Shown here one piece after another: positions 51,649 to 62,278 of a stretch of 62,278 nucleotides of DNA. Each line of letters starts with the position of its first letter. Position 1 is the stretch's first letter. The position numbers and the translations under genes were made by a program. Source of the DNA: Dimargaris cristalligena. Its lineage: Eukaryota. Below the pieces are notes generated by a model that saw nothing but the letters and a program-made list of their open reading frames with translations, did not search any database and was not told where the DNA came from. The stretch covers positions 1 to 62,278 of the forward strand of contig ML002237.1 in NCBI GenBank assembly GCA_003614675.1, in the 5' to 3' direction.

Positions 51649-54600
51649 GGTTGTGTATACAAGCCCAGTTAGGGGGAGATGTTAGTAGAAGGTAGGGTAA
51701 ATGAACTTAAACGAAAGTGATAGTGTGGGGAGAACTAATCAAGCAGAGTTAGTTGGCGAGCTATAAATAGTGGACTGAATGGGGGTAAATATCGTACAAT
51801 ATCGAATTGTTAATACATAAACCAATGAATTTTATAAATGTATATGGAGAAGCAAAGCGACGGAGACAAGGGTGCCAAAAGCAAACTTATACGCGGGTGT
51901 TAAGCGAGGCGAGAGGGGTAGAATGGAAAGCAGGAACGAAGGGAAGTTCTCGAGCTAAAGTGCTGAGGTAGGAGAGAGCGAGGGAGGATACGCTAATGGG
52001 CAATGAGTCGGCAGTAGAGAGGGACGCGTCCGGCGGGGTATTTATATGTTTAGGGTCGACGATATCCTCAGCCCAAAAGTTCGGCATAGACAAAGAAGTG
52101 ACTTGCAACCATCAAAGCGCCTCCGCCCTCCCCCGTCCAGCCCGGGCTCCTTTCTTCCGCCGAGGTACCTTGCCTATTGGGTGGCTCTCCCCCTCTCCAC
52201 CTGTGCGCTCTATTGCCATTATAGTTCAGGCCTTTCCTTTAGTTTACAATAGCAGTAACCGATTTTCCGTTCGGCTTCTCCCTTTTTAATTTTTTCCTTT
52301 TATATTTGGATATTTTAACATATATATATATATATATATAGAGAAGTGTGCACCGTGCCCTCTACTCGACATGTGGTCCCGCTAAAAAGGGGGCGCGGTT
52401 TACTAAGTGGTAGACAACAGCAGTAGGCCTGTGTTCATGATTACATTCCTCGTCCAATACCTTTAACGCCCCACTAACCCTCCCTTATCCCCCCCTTCTT
52501 CACTTTTGCCCGGGCTGCCCTCCCCCTGCTGTACTAGTAGGTAGTAAAGGAGGGTAAGTTAGACAAGAAGGCCAAGAGGGGTTAACTAAATAAAAATCCA
52601 TGAATGCCTAGCACAAGGGCCATTCGACCTAAGCAACTCGAAGTTGCAGTGTACATTCTATTAATAGCATTGGTGGCGATTAGGGTTGAAAAAATAGGGA
52701 GGCAGAGCGAAAGAAAGGGGGAACTATGAAAAGGAGAAGGGAAAAGGAGGGAAGACTTGGCCCTTGCCGCGTGAGCGGACTCCATTGGTCCGATAAGGCA
52801 GGCCGCCTGAACTCAGGATTGAATACCGAATTCTCGGTTGACGCCTCCATCGACTCTTTCCCCCCTTTTGTATATTGCTATATTTTTGAAAGCCATTCCA
52901 CTGTCTTAATCGCCGAGTCTTTAGGCAGTTTCTTTCCTGCATTTCCCGTTCCGTTGGCATAATTATTAATCCGGGCTCTACTGATATAGCGGTATTTTTA
53001 TATACAATTATATATCCAACCATGCGGATTTCTCATTTTCGCCTCTTTTTCCCCCCAGGCTTGCTTATTCAGAGTCCAGTGGGAGTCGATGGTGCGCATA
53101 ACCGCCGATATACCGGAACTGCTGATGTAAAATAAAAGCAATGCCTCTAGGTGTATAGGTTATAGTAGTAGGTGTCCGAATTCCGCACATACAAACCCCC
53201 GGCCTATTATACTGCTATCGGGCATATCTAGTTTCACAACCGGGATGATTGAGCAATCTCCCCTACATTGGAGGCCCGCAATACAGGAAATCGCGCCATT
53301 AGCATTATTCGCTCTCTACGTGTGCTACCGTAGCATTGCCTATTCCACGCCCACTCTCCCCCTTATCGCTGGCCGGACTAACGGGAGATAACCCCTCTAC
53401 AAGACCAGTCGTAATAGATGAGGACTGGTGTACTAAAATACTTATAATAACTTTCATTTATTGTACCGACACGTACTATTGGTATTTTATTTATGAGTGG
53501 AGAGAGGGTGTTCAAAATAGGCTAAAAGATGCACAATTGACGACCACTCATAAACGGTATGTGAAGAAGGTGGGGGAGGGGATTTAAGAGGAGGATGGAG
53601 GTCTCAATGCGGCCCTCTTTCTTTCATGTGCCCACCTGCCTTTATTATGGGCAATGTCAATGGCTCTATGAGGTCTATTACCTATTTCCATCATTTCTCG
53701 TATCCAGCCCCAAACTCCAAAGGCACCATTGGGGACGAAAAATGGATGTGTGGTTGAAATACAATAGCTATAATCCCCAAGAGAGGCCCAGCCCGGCCAT
53801 ATAACGAAAACCTCGTTGGGTGAAACTACTATTATTGATTTAAGGCGAGCTTACAGCCTGCTTCCCCGCTGGCATGGCCATTAAAATTGCATTCCGTTAT
53901 GTCGAATCCCACCCATACACACATGAACACACACGCGGCCCTCGGATGGCTATAATGAAGATGTGGGGCCCTTGGAGCAAGACTGTCAACCACTAGAAGG
54001 TCGTGAGACAACGAAGACCCAGGTCGGTTTGATTTGTCTAGTCCAGTCCAGTCCTCTCCTATACCTATCCATAACTCTATTTCCGCATTCCTCAAAAATA
54101 TCTCAGTGAAAGTAGTGTTAGCAGTGAGAGTAGTTGGACAAACCCACAGATATGAGGGTGAATGCCCGTGGAGAGATACCTCCTCTCCTGCATAGTCATT
54201 ATTATATCTACCACCTGCTTATCCCTTTGGATATTAGTTGGTGACAATCCTGCCAACGCAAACATAGGATATGGTAGGATACCTATAGGCTAGGTTAGAG
54301 TAAAGTAAAGGGGGAGGACACATGCCTGGCCGATATCAGGAATATCGGTATTACCAATACAGGCCTCGACAAGCGGATGGACAAGAGACCCAAGAAACAA
54401 AGCTATTCAATTCAAAATGAATCACTCCCTACAAAAAAGCGGCTAATAGTGGGTAGGAGGGATTGGCCATTGAGTTCCGGAGAAAGGGGTGATGGGTAAG
54501 GTTTGGTATGAAAGTGCCCCTCCCCCCTCATTCAACAAGGCTCATTTGTCAGCAGCACTATGTTAGATTTGGAGCAAGTGGCTATGGCCTAGCCGTATGA

Positions 54601-55378
54601 TGGAGGAGAAGGATAAGGTATGTCTTATCCCCATCTCCATCTCCACCTATCTTTGGTATTAAAGATTAATGCAGGAATAGTTATGCCAAATGACTGTTTA
54701 GTAGAGTCGGCTTCTTAAATTACGCTTCCGGGAGTTCCCCCAAGCTCCGACAATTAACATCAAGTACATATTAGCTCTTATTGACGGAGGATAAAAGCCA
54801 GCTTGCCATGTTGACCTTGGCACTCTATTTTGGGGGCGACATGTCTCTCTTCCATTCCCTATCCTTGTACGTTGAGACAGCGTGGGGTTCCACATATGAT
54901 TCCAGAATGGACCACATGTCCGTGCCACGAAGGACTGGCCATACCCACCTGCCTTCCCCTGCTACGTTGCCAAGATCCTTTATTGCGGACGGAGTTGGAA
55001 AGAAGCTAACCTGGTAGGTGAGATGACATACACCAAAGAGGAACGTGAAGGGTAGGGATGGTCTTGTCAAACCAGCGAGCACCTATTATTTTCGGATTCC
55101 TTTATCAAACTATCCCCTCCCCTTCTCCCACTTTACATAGTATCATGCATTTATATAATATCACTTCATTGCGTCGGGTTTCTTCCTAACATTCTAATGT
55201 CCGACTAAATTACAGCCCAAATTCACCTAGGCCCTTTCGATAGGGGGCTGTGGTTAACCATCCTTCCCCGTCAGAGCAGATGTATCGATATTTTAAATGC
55301 CTAAGGTCGGTAGATTATTAGTCCACCAATTCGCAGTCTACAACTATGCAGACCGGACCAATATTTCCCCACCACGTA

Positions 55379-55664
55379 CATATGGGTGAAATTCGGCCCA
55401 ACTGTATAAGCGTTTAAATGGTAGGCATATGGGGAAATATGCGGGAGATTCATTATTAACCAATAATATTTACCTCATCCAACGGATTTTATGTTATACA
55501 GCCTGGTTGAATCTTTCCCATATGGATGAATTTCAGCCCAGCTATATAAGGGTTTGCATTATATGTGTATGGGAGAATATATGGGAAATTTATTTTTAAC
55601 TAGTAATATTGGCCTAATCTAATGGATTTTTCGTTATACAGCTTGGATGAACTTCTCCCATATA
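55379..55664. mobile_element. Two tandem 140-bp-period MITE-like units with degenerate ~31-bp terminal inverted repeats
   Basis: Unit 1 starts CATATGGGTGAAATTCGGCCCAACTGTATAA and ends TTATACAGCCTGGTTGAATCTTTCCCATATG. Unit 2 starts at the shared CATATG (55519) and ends TTATACAGCTTGGATGAACTTCTCCCATATA. The interiors of the two units align. Confidence 0.65.
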
Positions 55665-56149
55665 CTTTCGCTAGTAATAGTCATTCAAATCGAGCCACAA
55701 TAGTAAGTTGCAGTGACTTTATCGTACAAAAATAATATACAGAAATGTGTCAGCGGCGAAAAATAAATATAGGAATGTAATGTGAAATGCAAATAAACGT
55801 GAACATGAAAATGCCGATATAAAGCAAAGTGCATGAATAATGTAGATAGTACAAATGAGAGGGGGTACTTTTTTTTACGGTAAAACCAAAAATCTAAACA
55901 ATGGACTGGCAAATGGCAACCAACAGCCAATTATAATTACCTCATGTATTCGTGAGGGGGGATGGAGAGAGGTATGTTTGCCCGCACCTGGGCATATCCA
56001 AATCCGAATCATCGAATAGGGGCGCAATCGCCAAGCTTAACGCCCGGACAGCAGCAGCACAGGCTAAGCAAAACAAAGGAAAGGGAGTGAAAGGATGTGG
56101 TTATTGGCAGCCAATCGCCCTCTATTCAAGCTTACCCCCCCCTAACTCT

Positions 56150-57742
56150 TTACACGGCTCGGAAATCCTGGCGCACGTCGGGCGGCAAACTAGCCATTCC
56201 GTACCGCCGAATATGCTGGGGTGTCCGGGGCTGCAACGAGACCGCATTCAGTCCTTCATTGTCGGGTTTATAGCGGGCGTGGATCGTGGATAACAGGGAA
56301 ATCATGCAACCCAAGGCCACGATCAGGTTCCAAATGAATCCCCAAAAGTCAAGGTAGCAGATCCCACGCGGAATGTGGGGTTGGAGGGACCGCAACACGG
56401 GTAACATGAGGACACAGGAACCACTGATGACCAAGAAACTGGGGGACGGTTGGGCCTCGCGGTAGACCCAGCAACTGCGGACGGTGAGGGCTAGGAGTGG
56501 GATGGTGAGAATGTACATGAGGAAGGTGATGAGAATGGCCACCGCCATGACAGCGGTTTGCCGCCGCGCGGTCACGATGAGGTCGGCGGACGAATCGCGG
56601 GTTTCAAACGTGGGGTGTTGGGTTTGTGAGCCAAAAGGCGGGGGGTCTGCGAAAGGGTCGAGGGCCTGGTCGCTATCGTAGGGAACCACCCGAAACGTGT
56701 GTCCGACCATATGGACACTCGGGAAAACGAGGAGGGTGGGTATCCGCTCGCCTTTGGTCCGTGTCGTCGTACTACTACTAGTAGTAGTCTGATTATTATT
56801 ATTATCCTTTCCCGCCGTTGTCCCATTCACTACTACCTCTCGGCTAAAACTAAAGGACAATTTAATCTCGAACCGGTCAAAAGGGTAAAATACGGCTTTT
56901 CCGGCCATGATGGGCAGGGCCAGTTCGGCCGGTCGCAGGCGCGTTTGGGCCGGCATAGTATAGGTTTCGTGGTAATAATCGACCAAAAGGTCCGAATACA
57001 ACAGTCCCCGCTCGTCCGTCAAATTGGCCCCGGTGGTCATGCGGGGTTCCAAAAGGACCCGCATTGTCTGTTGATCGACGCTGAATTCCAGGACCCGGAA
57101 GTTGACCACCACTCCTTCAAACGGCTTCTGGGTGGAATGGGGAGGGGTCGTATTGGCGGATTGGAGGTTATGGGGGATGGTTGTTGATAATAAGGTAGCC
57201 GTTGTGGCCGTGGTGGTAGCCGTAACACTGGGGGGAAGCACTCGTTGACCGTCGTAAATCAAGAATGACGGGGGTCGATTGTCACCCCAGTGGTTGTACA
57301 GCAAGAAAAAACTGGTGGGTACGATGGTCAGCCACACGAGCATGAGGGCACATATCCACATGATGGCACGAACCAGCATGTACCGCCGCCAGGCCCGGAC
57401 TTTCTGCTGCACCAGTTGCTGGATGGATTGGCTGCGGCGGAGCTGGAGCGGTTCCCCACCAATACGGCCAAGTATGGCCGATGCCGACCCCCCGCTGCTG
57501 CTACTGGACTTTCCGGTGGTGGTCCCCCCCAGCAGACCCCGGCCCGGGGCGGAATTGGCGGCCGTACTATGCGGGGAATGGTCCGGGAGAATGGGGGCGT
57601 CGGGACCCGAAGCAATCTCCTCATGCAGGGTACTCGACGGTGAATGGTCAAAGGTGTAGGAAGTGCCCGTCGGGGCTGTGGAGGAGCGGGCCATGGGGGT
57701 ACCGGAGTTCCCCAGGCGGGTAAACATGAGTTTTCTAAGCAT
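56150..57742 (-). CDS. DUF4436-like membrane protein (1 N-terminal + 3 C-terminal TM helices, beta-rich ectodomain with YPFD)
   Basis: 530-aa intronless ORF. TM AIMWICALMLVWLTIVPTSFFLLY, the FYPFDRF motif and three hydrophobic segments after TARRQ with LPVLRSLQPHIP and LDFWGFIWN, which fit my recollection of DUF4436. Confidence 0.75.
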   Translation of the reverse strand: MLRKLMFTRLGNSGTPMARSSTAPTGTSYTFDHSPSSTLHEEIASGPDAPILPDHSPHSTAANSAPGRGLLGGTTTGKSSSSSGGSASAILGRIGGEPLQLRRSQSIQQLVQQKVRAWRRYMLVRAIMWICALMLVWLTIVPTSFFLLYNHWGDNRPPSFLIYDGQRVLPPSVTATTTATTATLLSTTIPHNLQSANTTPPHSTQKPFEGVVVNFRVLEFSVDQQTMRVLLEPRMTTGANLTDERGLLYSDLLVDYYHETYTMPAQTRLRPAELALPIMAGKAVFYPFDRFEIKLSFSFSREVVVNGTTAGKDNNNNQTTTSSSTTTRTKGERIPTLLVFPSVHMVGHTFRVVPYDSDQALDPFADPPPFGSQTQHPTFETRDSSADLIVTARRQTAVMAVAILITFLMYILTIPLLALTVRSCWVYREAQPSPSFLVISGSCVLMLPVLRSLQPHIPRGICYLDFWGFIWNLIVALGCMISLLSTIHARYKPDNEGLNAVSLQPRTPQHIRRYGMASLPPDVRQDFRAV

Positions 57743-57792
57743 ACCCAGTCACCAGAATGCGGCACTAAGCTAAGAAACCTGAACGGATGGTG

Positions 57793-57793
57793 G

Positions 57794-57822
<29 letters not shown>
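57793..57822. repeat. (TG)n microsatellite in the leader of the DUF4436-like gene
   Basis: Read directly from the sequence. Confidence 0.85.
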
Positions 57823-57824
<2 letters not shown>

Positions 57825-58443
57825 GAGGGAGGGAGTGGAATGGGAGACTGCAAGGGAAGACCCTTAGGAAAGGGAAGCGAGTATTCACGGTAGAAAAAAT
57901 TTAGAGCACAAGTTAATGATACTGGGCAGACAGATAGACAGAAAACTCCGAAATAATCGAGATGATTACTGGAGAGAGAGATGTATTTATACAAGAAAAG
58001 GGTAGAAAAGGCGAAGCGGGCTCTAATCAACAGAAGATGCAATAAACAGAGCACTTCGAAGAGTAATATATATCATGGAAAGGTAAGAAACGGTAGCTCA
58101 ACACTGGGGTTTATGGTTAAGATGGGCGGAGGAATATGTGGATATATAACATAGCCGTAATTTAGGGAACCAGTGTCGTGTTCGTTGTTAACGGTGGCGA
58201 TAATGACTCGTTAAAGAAGAGTGAAGGTACATTAAATAAACCTGTCGCGTAAAGCACACTTTAGTGATTTTTGGAGGGAATGTGTGGAGCATTGGGGCCC
58301 AACGGCCGAGAGGGACCTACGTAGTATATAAACTCCAAGAAAGTGGGGCCGGTGCGTTATAAAGGGTATCCTTACGGATTATACTCGGCGTCGTCGTCCT
58401 TTTCCCCGCACTAATAATGCCCGAATTTAATATAGAGGGCCCT

Positions 58444-58489
58444 AGAGAGAAAGAGAGAGAGAGAGAGAGAGTGTGTGTGTGTGTGTGTG
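58444..58489. repeat. Compound (AG)n(TG)n microsatellite
   Basis: Read directly from the sequence. Confidence 0.9.
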
Positions 58490-60322
58490 CGTGCTTCTTC
58501 TGGTCGGAGGATTCGCGGGGGCGGGGGAGGAGTGGGGCGAGGGTGCGGGGATACGCACCCTCCACCCAATCTTTGTTAGCCCTGGAAATGCCCGTAATTT
58601 GGGCCATTTAAATCCCCGGAAAAAGGTTATTCCTCTGCAGTTCAATAGCACCTGGACTAATCGTGCCACTGGGCGGAATTGCTCTCGCTCGCAATCGAAC
58701 ACAGAGGGAGGGAGAGGGAACAGGGGCCGTGTGGAGAAGACGAATAATGAAGGGGACGGTCACACTCACCTCACCCGCTCTCTCTCTCTTACTCACTCGC
58801 ACTTATTCCTTCTTTTCGTCCCGATTACAACGGGTGCCCCAGGTCAAATTTAGATGCCGATCAATCAACTCGGGGCCCCTAATAATATATTAGACGAGCG
58901 CAAGAGTTGGCCAATGGGGGTCACTAACCGTTTCTGACTATAGAACGATTACTACTCTTCTTTCCCCTATATATTTCGTCAAGAGACCTCTCGCCTATCT
59001 AAATGCTCGCTTTTTAGGTTACCGTATATCCAACCAACCGTCTCAGCTCACCCAATATCCGTAAAAATAGCATAGCTCATACATACAGCAGGGTGGTGCA
59101 AGTAATAGACGAATAATAATCTAATCATTCTTACTGTAAATATAACAATGGGAATGAGGATCGGTGGTTGGCCATGTCTTTGTCTTTTCTCCATACAGTA
59201 CAAACCCTCTCCTTCTCGTACTCTCTCTTGTTCTCTCTCTATTCTTCACAATACATTGTACTTCAACACCCTCCCCTCCCCAATTTTACTTCGCCGTCAT
59301 ATTCGAATAAACATTAGGCGAAGGCCATGGGACAGAGGGTCGGTTTGAAGTCTATCAGCATCGGCATGTCCTGCTCTAATCACATAGTGAATCCCCCGAC
59401 TGGCATTAATGCAAAGATCCTGGTTAGGTTATTTCCTCCCAATTGATAAGCATTGGCGGCCATCTCAAAATAATCTCCAGTATCGGGCCTTTTATCTTGA
59501 AAACCAATTGCCATGATAGGCTAAACTATCCAACCGGTATTTCAAGCGTGAGGGTGCGGTTAAACAGCGGCCATTTTCTGTTGCATCCCATCTTCTTGAA
59601 CTATGCGTTTGGAGTGTTCTTTAAAACATAGTAGCTAGAATAGAAAACTACCCGGCATTTGCTTCTCTTGAGCTTTAACCCACCACTGCACGAAGACGGT
59701 GTAATCGAGAAGACCAAAAGCTGGACTATTGGTTTTCGGTGATGAGAATACCCTATAACGAATTAAAAGATGGTAGGGATAGAGTGTTATGCATAAAGAA
59801 GGCAGGGGGGGGTGGCCGCGAAATTCCCAATCATGTGCCCTGCCTTATCCGATGAAAGTAAAGACGTTTCAGCTTTAAGATGGCCAATAATTCTTGGCGT
59901 AAATCTCTAAAGGGTTAGTTGGCTGCGAAGATTCAGTGGAGCAGGTGCTAATATATAAACCTGGCCAAATGGGAAAATAATAGGCCTTTAAAAATAGAAT
60001 CTAAGCTAGACCGGCAACTAGGCATTTTTAAGGGCAGTTGTTATCATAGACAACCTCGCCCAGAAAAAGATCACAAGATACCAGTTCCGACTAGACATCA
60101 CCATGTTAAAGAAATCTGGCCCATTCTAAAATTCCCCACTCCCGATGTCTCAAAAATGCGGGTAGTATATAAAATAGCCCAAATTTATAAAACACCACTA
60201 GACTGGTAAATGAATTTAATAATATATCAGGACAGATATAGAGGTAATAATGGTTAACCAAAAATACAAACTCACAATAAAAAACAATCAGTGACCGTTT
60301 TCCCATTGGCCCAAATGGAGTG

Positions 60323-62131
60323 TTAAAAGTTGGATTCATTCAAAGACGACCCGCTCATGGCGAATAGTAATGAGTCGTTGTCTTCCATGTCTGGTGTAAT
60401 CACAACATTATGGGTGGGCTGGGAGGAGGTCTTTCGGTGGCCTTCCGTCAATCGACCGTTGGTTGTCGCAGAGGGATAGGGTGAGTCCAGGGTGTAGCCA
60501 CGGAGGGCCGAAACCAAGGGAGTAGGTCCGTATAGAGGGCCGGGGGATCCACCCCCACTGGAGGGATGAAACCCCGCAATGGATTGCCCGACGGTCACGG
60601 ACTGGTGCTGAACCGTGGCAATGGGTGAAGCGGTGGGATGGGGGCCAAATTTGGGGGGAGCGGAGGGTAGTTCAGCTTTGAACTGGTGGTAGTTGGGTGA
60701 GCCCGGGGGGTCAGAGAGTGAAAAACGACCATGAGCTGTGCCATAAGAAGGGATATTGGTGGCGGTGGTGTTGGCTGGATAGGGTGCGATATTGGGCTTG
60801 GGCGACGAGGGGTTGTTCCCTTTATTGCCCCCGCGGGACCAGTAGCCGTTACTTCGGCTGGGTATTGGTGCTGGAACACGACTGCGGGTATCCGCCTCGT
60901 CCTGGCTATCGGCCTCATCATCTTCTTCCTCGCCCTCGGTCTCCTCATGCGAGTGTACATGAGTAGGTGCAAGTGGGCGCGACCTGAACCGTCGAATTCC
61001 ATTATCGCCTTGCGCGATGCTTCCAGCTCGATTACGATTAGCACTATTGGGTTTGTAGTACAGTTGAGCGGTTGGGTGGATAGGTACACTAGCCGCTTTA
61101 AAAATATCTCCTTTTCCATTACCGCTTTTGCCAGATTCAACAATTTCTTTGGCGCCCTGGCCCTGTTGGTCGGCTGGGTTGACAAATGGGGAAGTTGGCT
61201 CGCGTGGGGAGTGCGAGTACAACGCACGGGTAGACTGTTCCGAAGGTGACCGAGTCGTCGGCACTGCGAGCGGGGGGCCGCCACCTACATTCAAAGCGAT
61301 GGAATCCGCCATGAAATTGTACGATTGGCGAAGGCGCCGAAAATGGCCAAGGTCACCACCACTTCCAACAGTGGTGGCACTGGGACCCGTTGCTGGCTGT
61401 GCCATTCTTGACGGACCAGCTGGACCAATCGAGGCGGGGGATTGATGCACCACCTGATTAGGGGAAGGGTCGCCCCTCTCAACCAGTGGCTGGTGGGGTG
61501 GATCCATGCGACGACGGGTGGCTATACTCGTCGGTGGTTTGACAGTCCCCGCTTTGGGCAGCCGAAGCGGAGTTTGGGAGTCGAGAATGCGCTGAAATTC
61601 GGCAGTATCCTGGTCGAAGGAGTCCATTTCCCAGGGGGGGATAGAGTCCCGCCCCAGGGATACTCGGCGAGAGGGGAGTTGTGGGTGGTGCTGTAAACTA
61701 GGGTTACTGTCGTTTGCGGGCGGCGCATTGAGGCTCATATCAGAGATACTTTCGGCGCAATCACTGAGGAGTGACTGTCGGCGTTGGTTGGTCACAGTCC
61801 CCGCCCGGGGATAACCTGTGGCCGTTACACCGCCGCCACCGCCACTGACCCCACCACCGCTTCCGGACGCTGACCCTTGGGAAGTACTGGGTCGGGCCAG
61901 GATGGGCGATACGGGGGAATGAGGGTCTCGGATACCCTCAGTTGACATGGTGTTAGATTGACGGTACCGATGGGCGAACGAGGAGGATAGACGGGGTGGG
62001 CTTCCCGCCACAGACTCCGACCCCAGGGGGTTGGACCGCGAGGCGACTGTGGCCGAGGACTGGGGCCTTGTTACTGGGTTAGTGAGGCCAGTGGGGTCCC
62101 CCCCAGAGGAAGTTGAGTAATTGGCAGATGT
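60323..62131 (-). CDS. ATG13: Autophagy-related protein 13, 3' exon (disordered C-terminal region); the HORMA-domain exons presumably lie beyond the window end
   Basis: The fungal Atg13 motifs appear in order: RLSSSFAHR (Atg17-binding-like), DTAEFQRILDSQTPL (MIM-N-like), LGHFRRLRQSYNFMADSI (MIM-C-like) and terminal DNDSLLFAMS. The frame is open to 62131. The exact acceptor is unresolved. Confidence 0.78.
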   Translation of the reverse strand, partial: TSANYSTSSGGDPTGLTNPVTRPQSSATVASRSNPLGSESVAGSPPRLSSSFAHRYRQSNTMSTEGIRDPHSPVSPILARPSTSQGSASGSGGGVSGGGGGVTATGYPRAGTVTNQRRQSLLSDCAESISDMSLNAPPANDSNPSLQHHPQLPSRRVSLGRDSIPPWEMDSFDQDTAEFQRILDSQTPLRLPKAGTVKPPTSIATRRRMDPPHQPLVERGDPSPNQVVHQSPASIGPAGPSRMAQPATGPSATTVGSGGDLGHFRRLRQSYNFMADSIALNVGGGPPLAVPTTRSPSEQSTRALYSHSPREPTSPFVNPADQQGQGAKEIVESGKSGNGKGDIFKAASVPIHPTAQLYYKPNSANRNRAGSIAQGDNGIRRFRSRPLAPTHVHSHEETEGEEEDDEADSQDEADTRSRVPAPIPSRSNGYWSRGGNKGNNPSSPKPNIAPYPANTTATNIPSYGTAHGRFSLSDPPGSPNYHQFKAELPSAPPKFGPHPTASPIATVQHQSVTVGQSIAGFHPSSGGGSPGPLYGPTPLVSALRGYTLDSPYPSATTNGRLTEGHRKTSSQPTHNVVITPDMEDNDSLLFAMSGSSLNESNF

Positions 62132-62278
62132 TTAAAAGACTAAAGAACTAAACTCCGGCTAAATAAAAGGATTAGACTCATTTGTATAACCAAAACAAAA
62201 GGAAAGACAAGGGTCTTCGAATTATATCATTGGTTAAATATGGTAAACCATTCGTTGGTATTACCAAAACAATAGGCA

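Noticed and set aside
54604-54640. Hairpin GGATAAG-GTATGT-CTTATCC containing a donor-like GTATGT
   Set aside because: Short stem with no associated exon or acceptor; likely chance.
47922-62131. Metacaspase plus ATG13 as a cell-death/autophagy cluster
   Set aside because: Separated by about 11 kb and unrelated genes, with no shared promoter; ordinary gene order is the simpler explanation.

Overview
Eukaryotic nuclear DNA, most likely from a fungus: short GT-AG introns, TATA boxes, microsatellites, long intergenic regions and a dispersed 5S rRNA gene. An early-diverging (Zoopagomycota/Mucoromycota-like) lineage is my inference. About 12 intact or near-intact protein genes are supported: a GATA transcription factor, a small conserved fungal protein, an Msn2/Seb1-like C2H2 factor, a 3-exon mitochondrial L-threonine 3-dehydrogenase, a 2-exon CIA30-domain protein, ribosomal protein uL2, a 73-aa secreted peptide precursor, a zinc-finger acidic/basic nuclear protein, a metacaspase, a secreted Thr/Ala/Glu-rich repeat protein, a DUF4436-like membrane protein and the 3' part of ATG13. 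There is also a decayed multi-exon gene region at about 33.6-38.5 kb. The most interesting observation is the DUF4436-like protein (56150-57742). It shows the ordered hallmarks of a Cys-less pentameric ligand-gated ion channel (YPFD loop, pre-M1 Arg, M1-M3) but lacks M4 and carries an N-terminal helix instead. Other notable items are a tandem pair of 140-bp MITE-like units with terminal inverted repeats, two candidate Kex2-processed secreted peptides, a CaaX box on the CIA30 protein, and a hairpin-rich, possibly spliced non-coding locus in the gene desert upstream of the GATA factor. All calls come from reading the sequence; no searches or folding programs were run.
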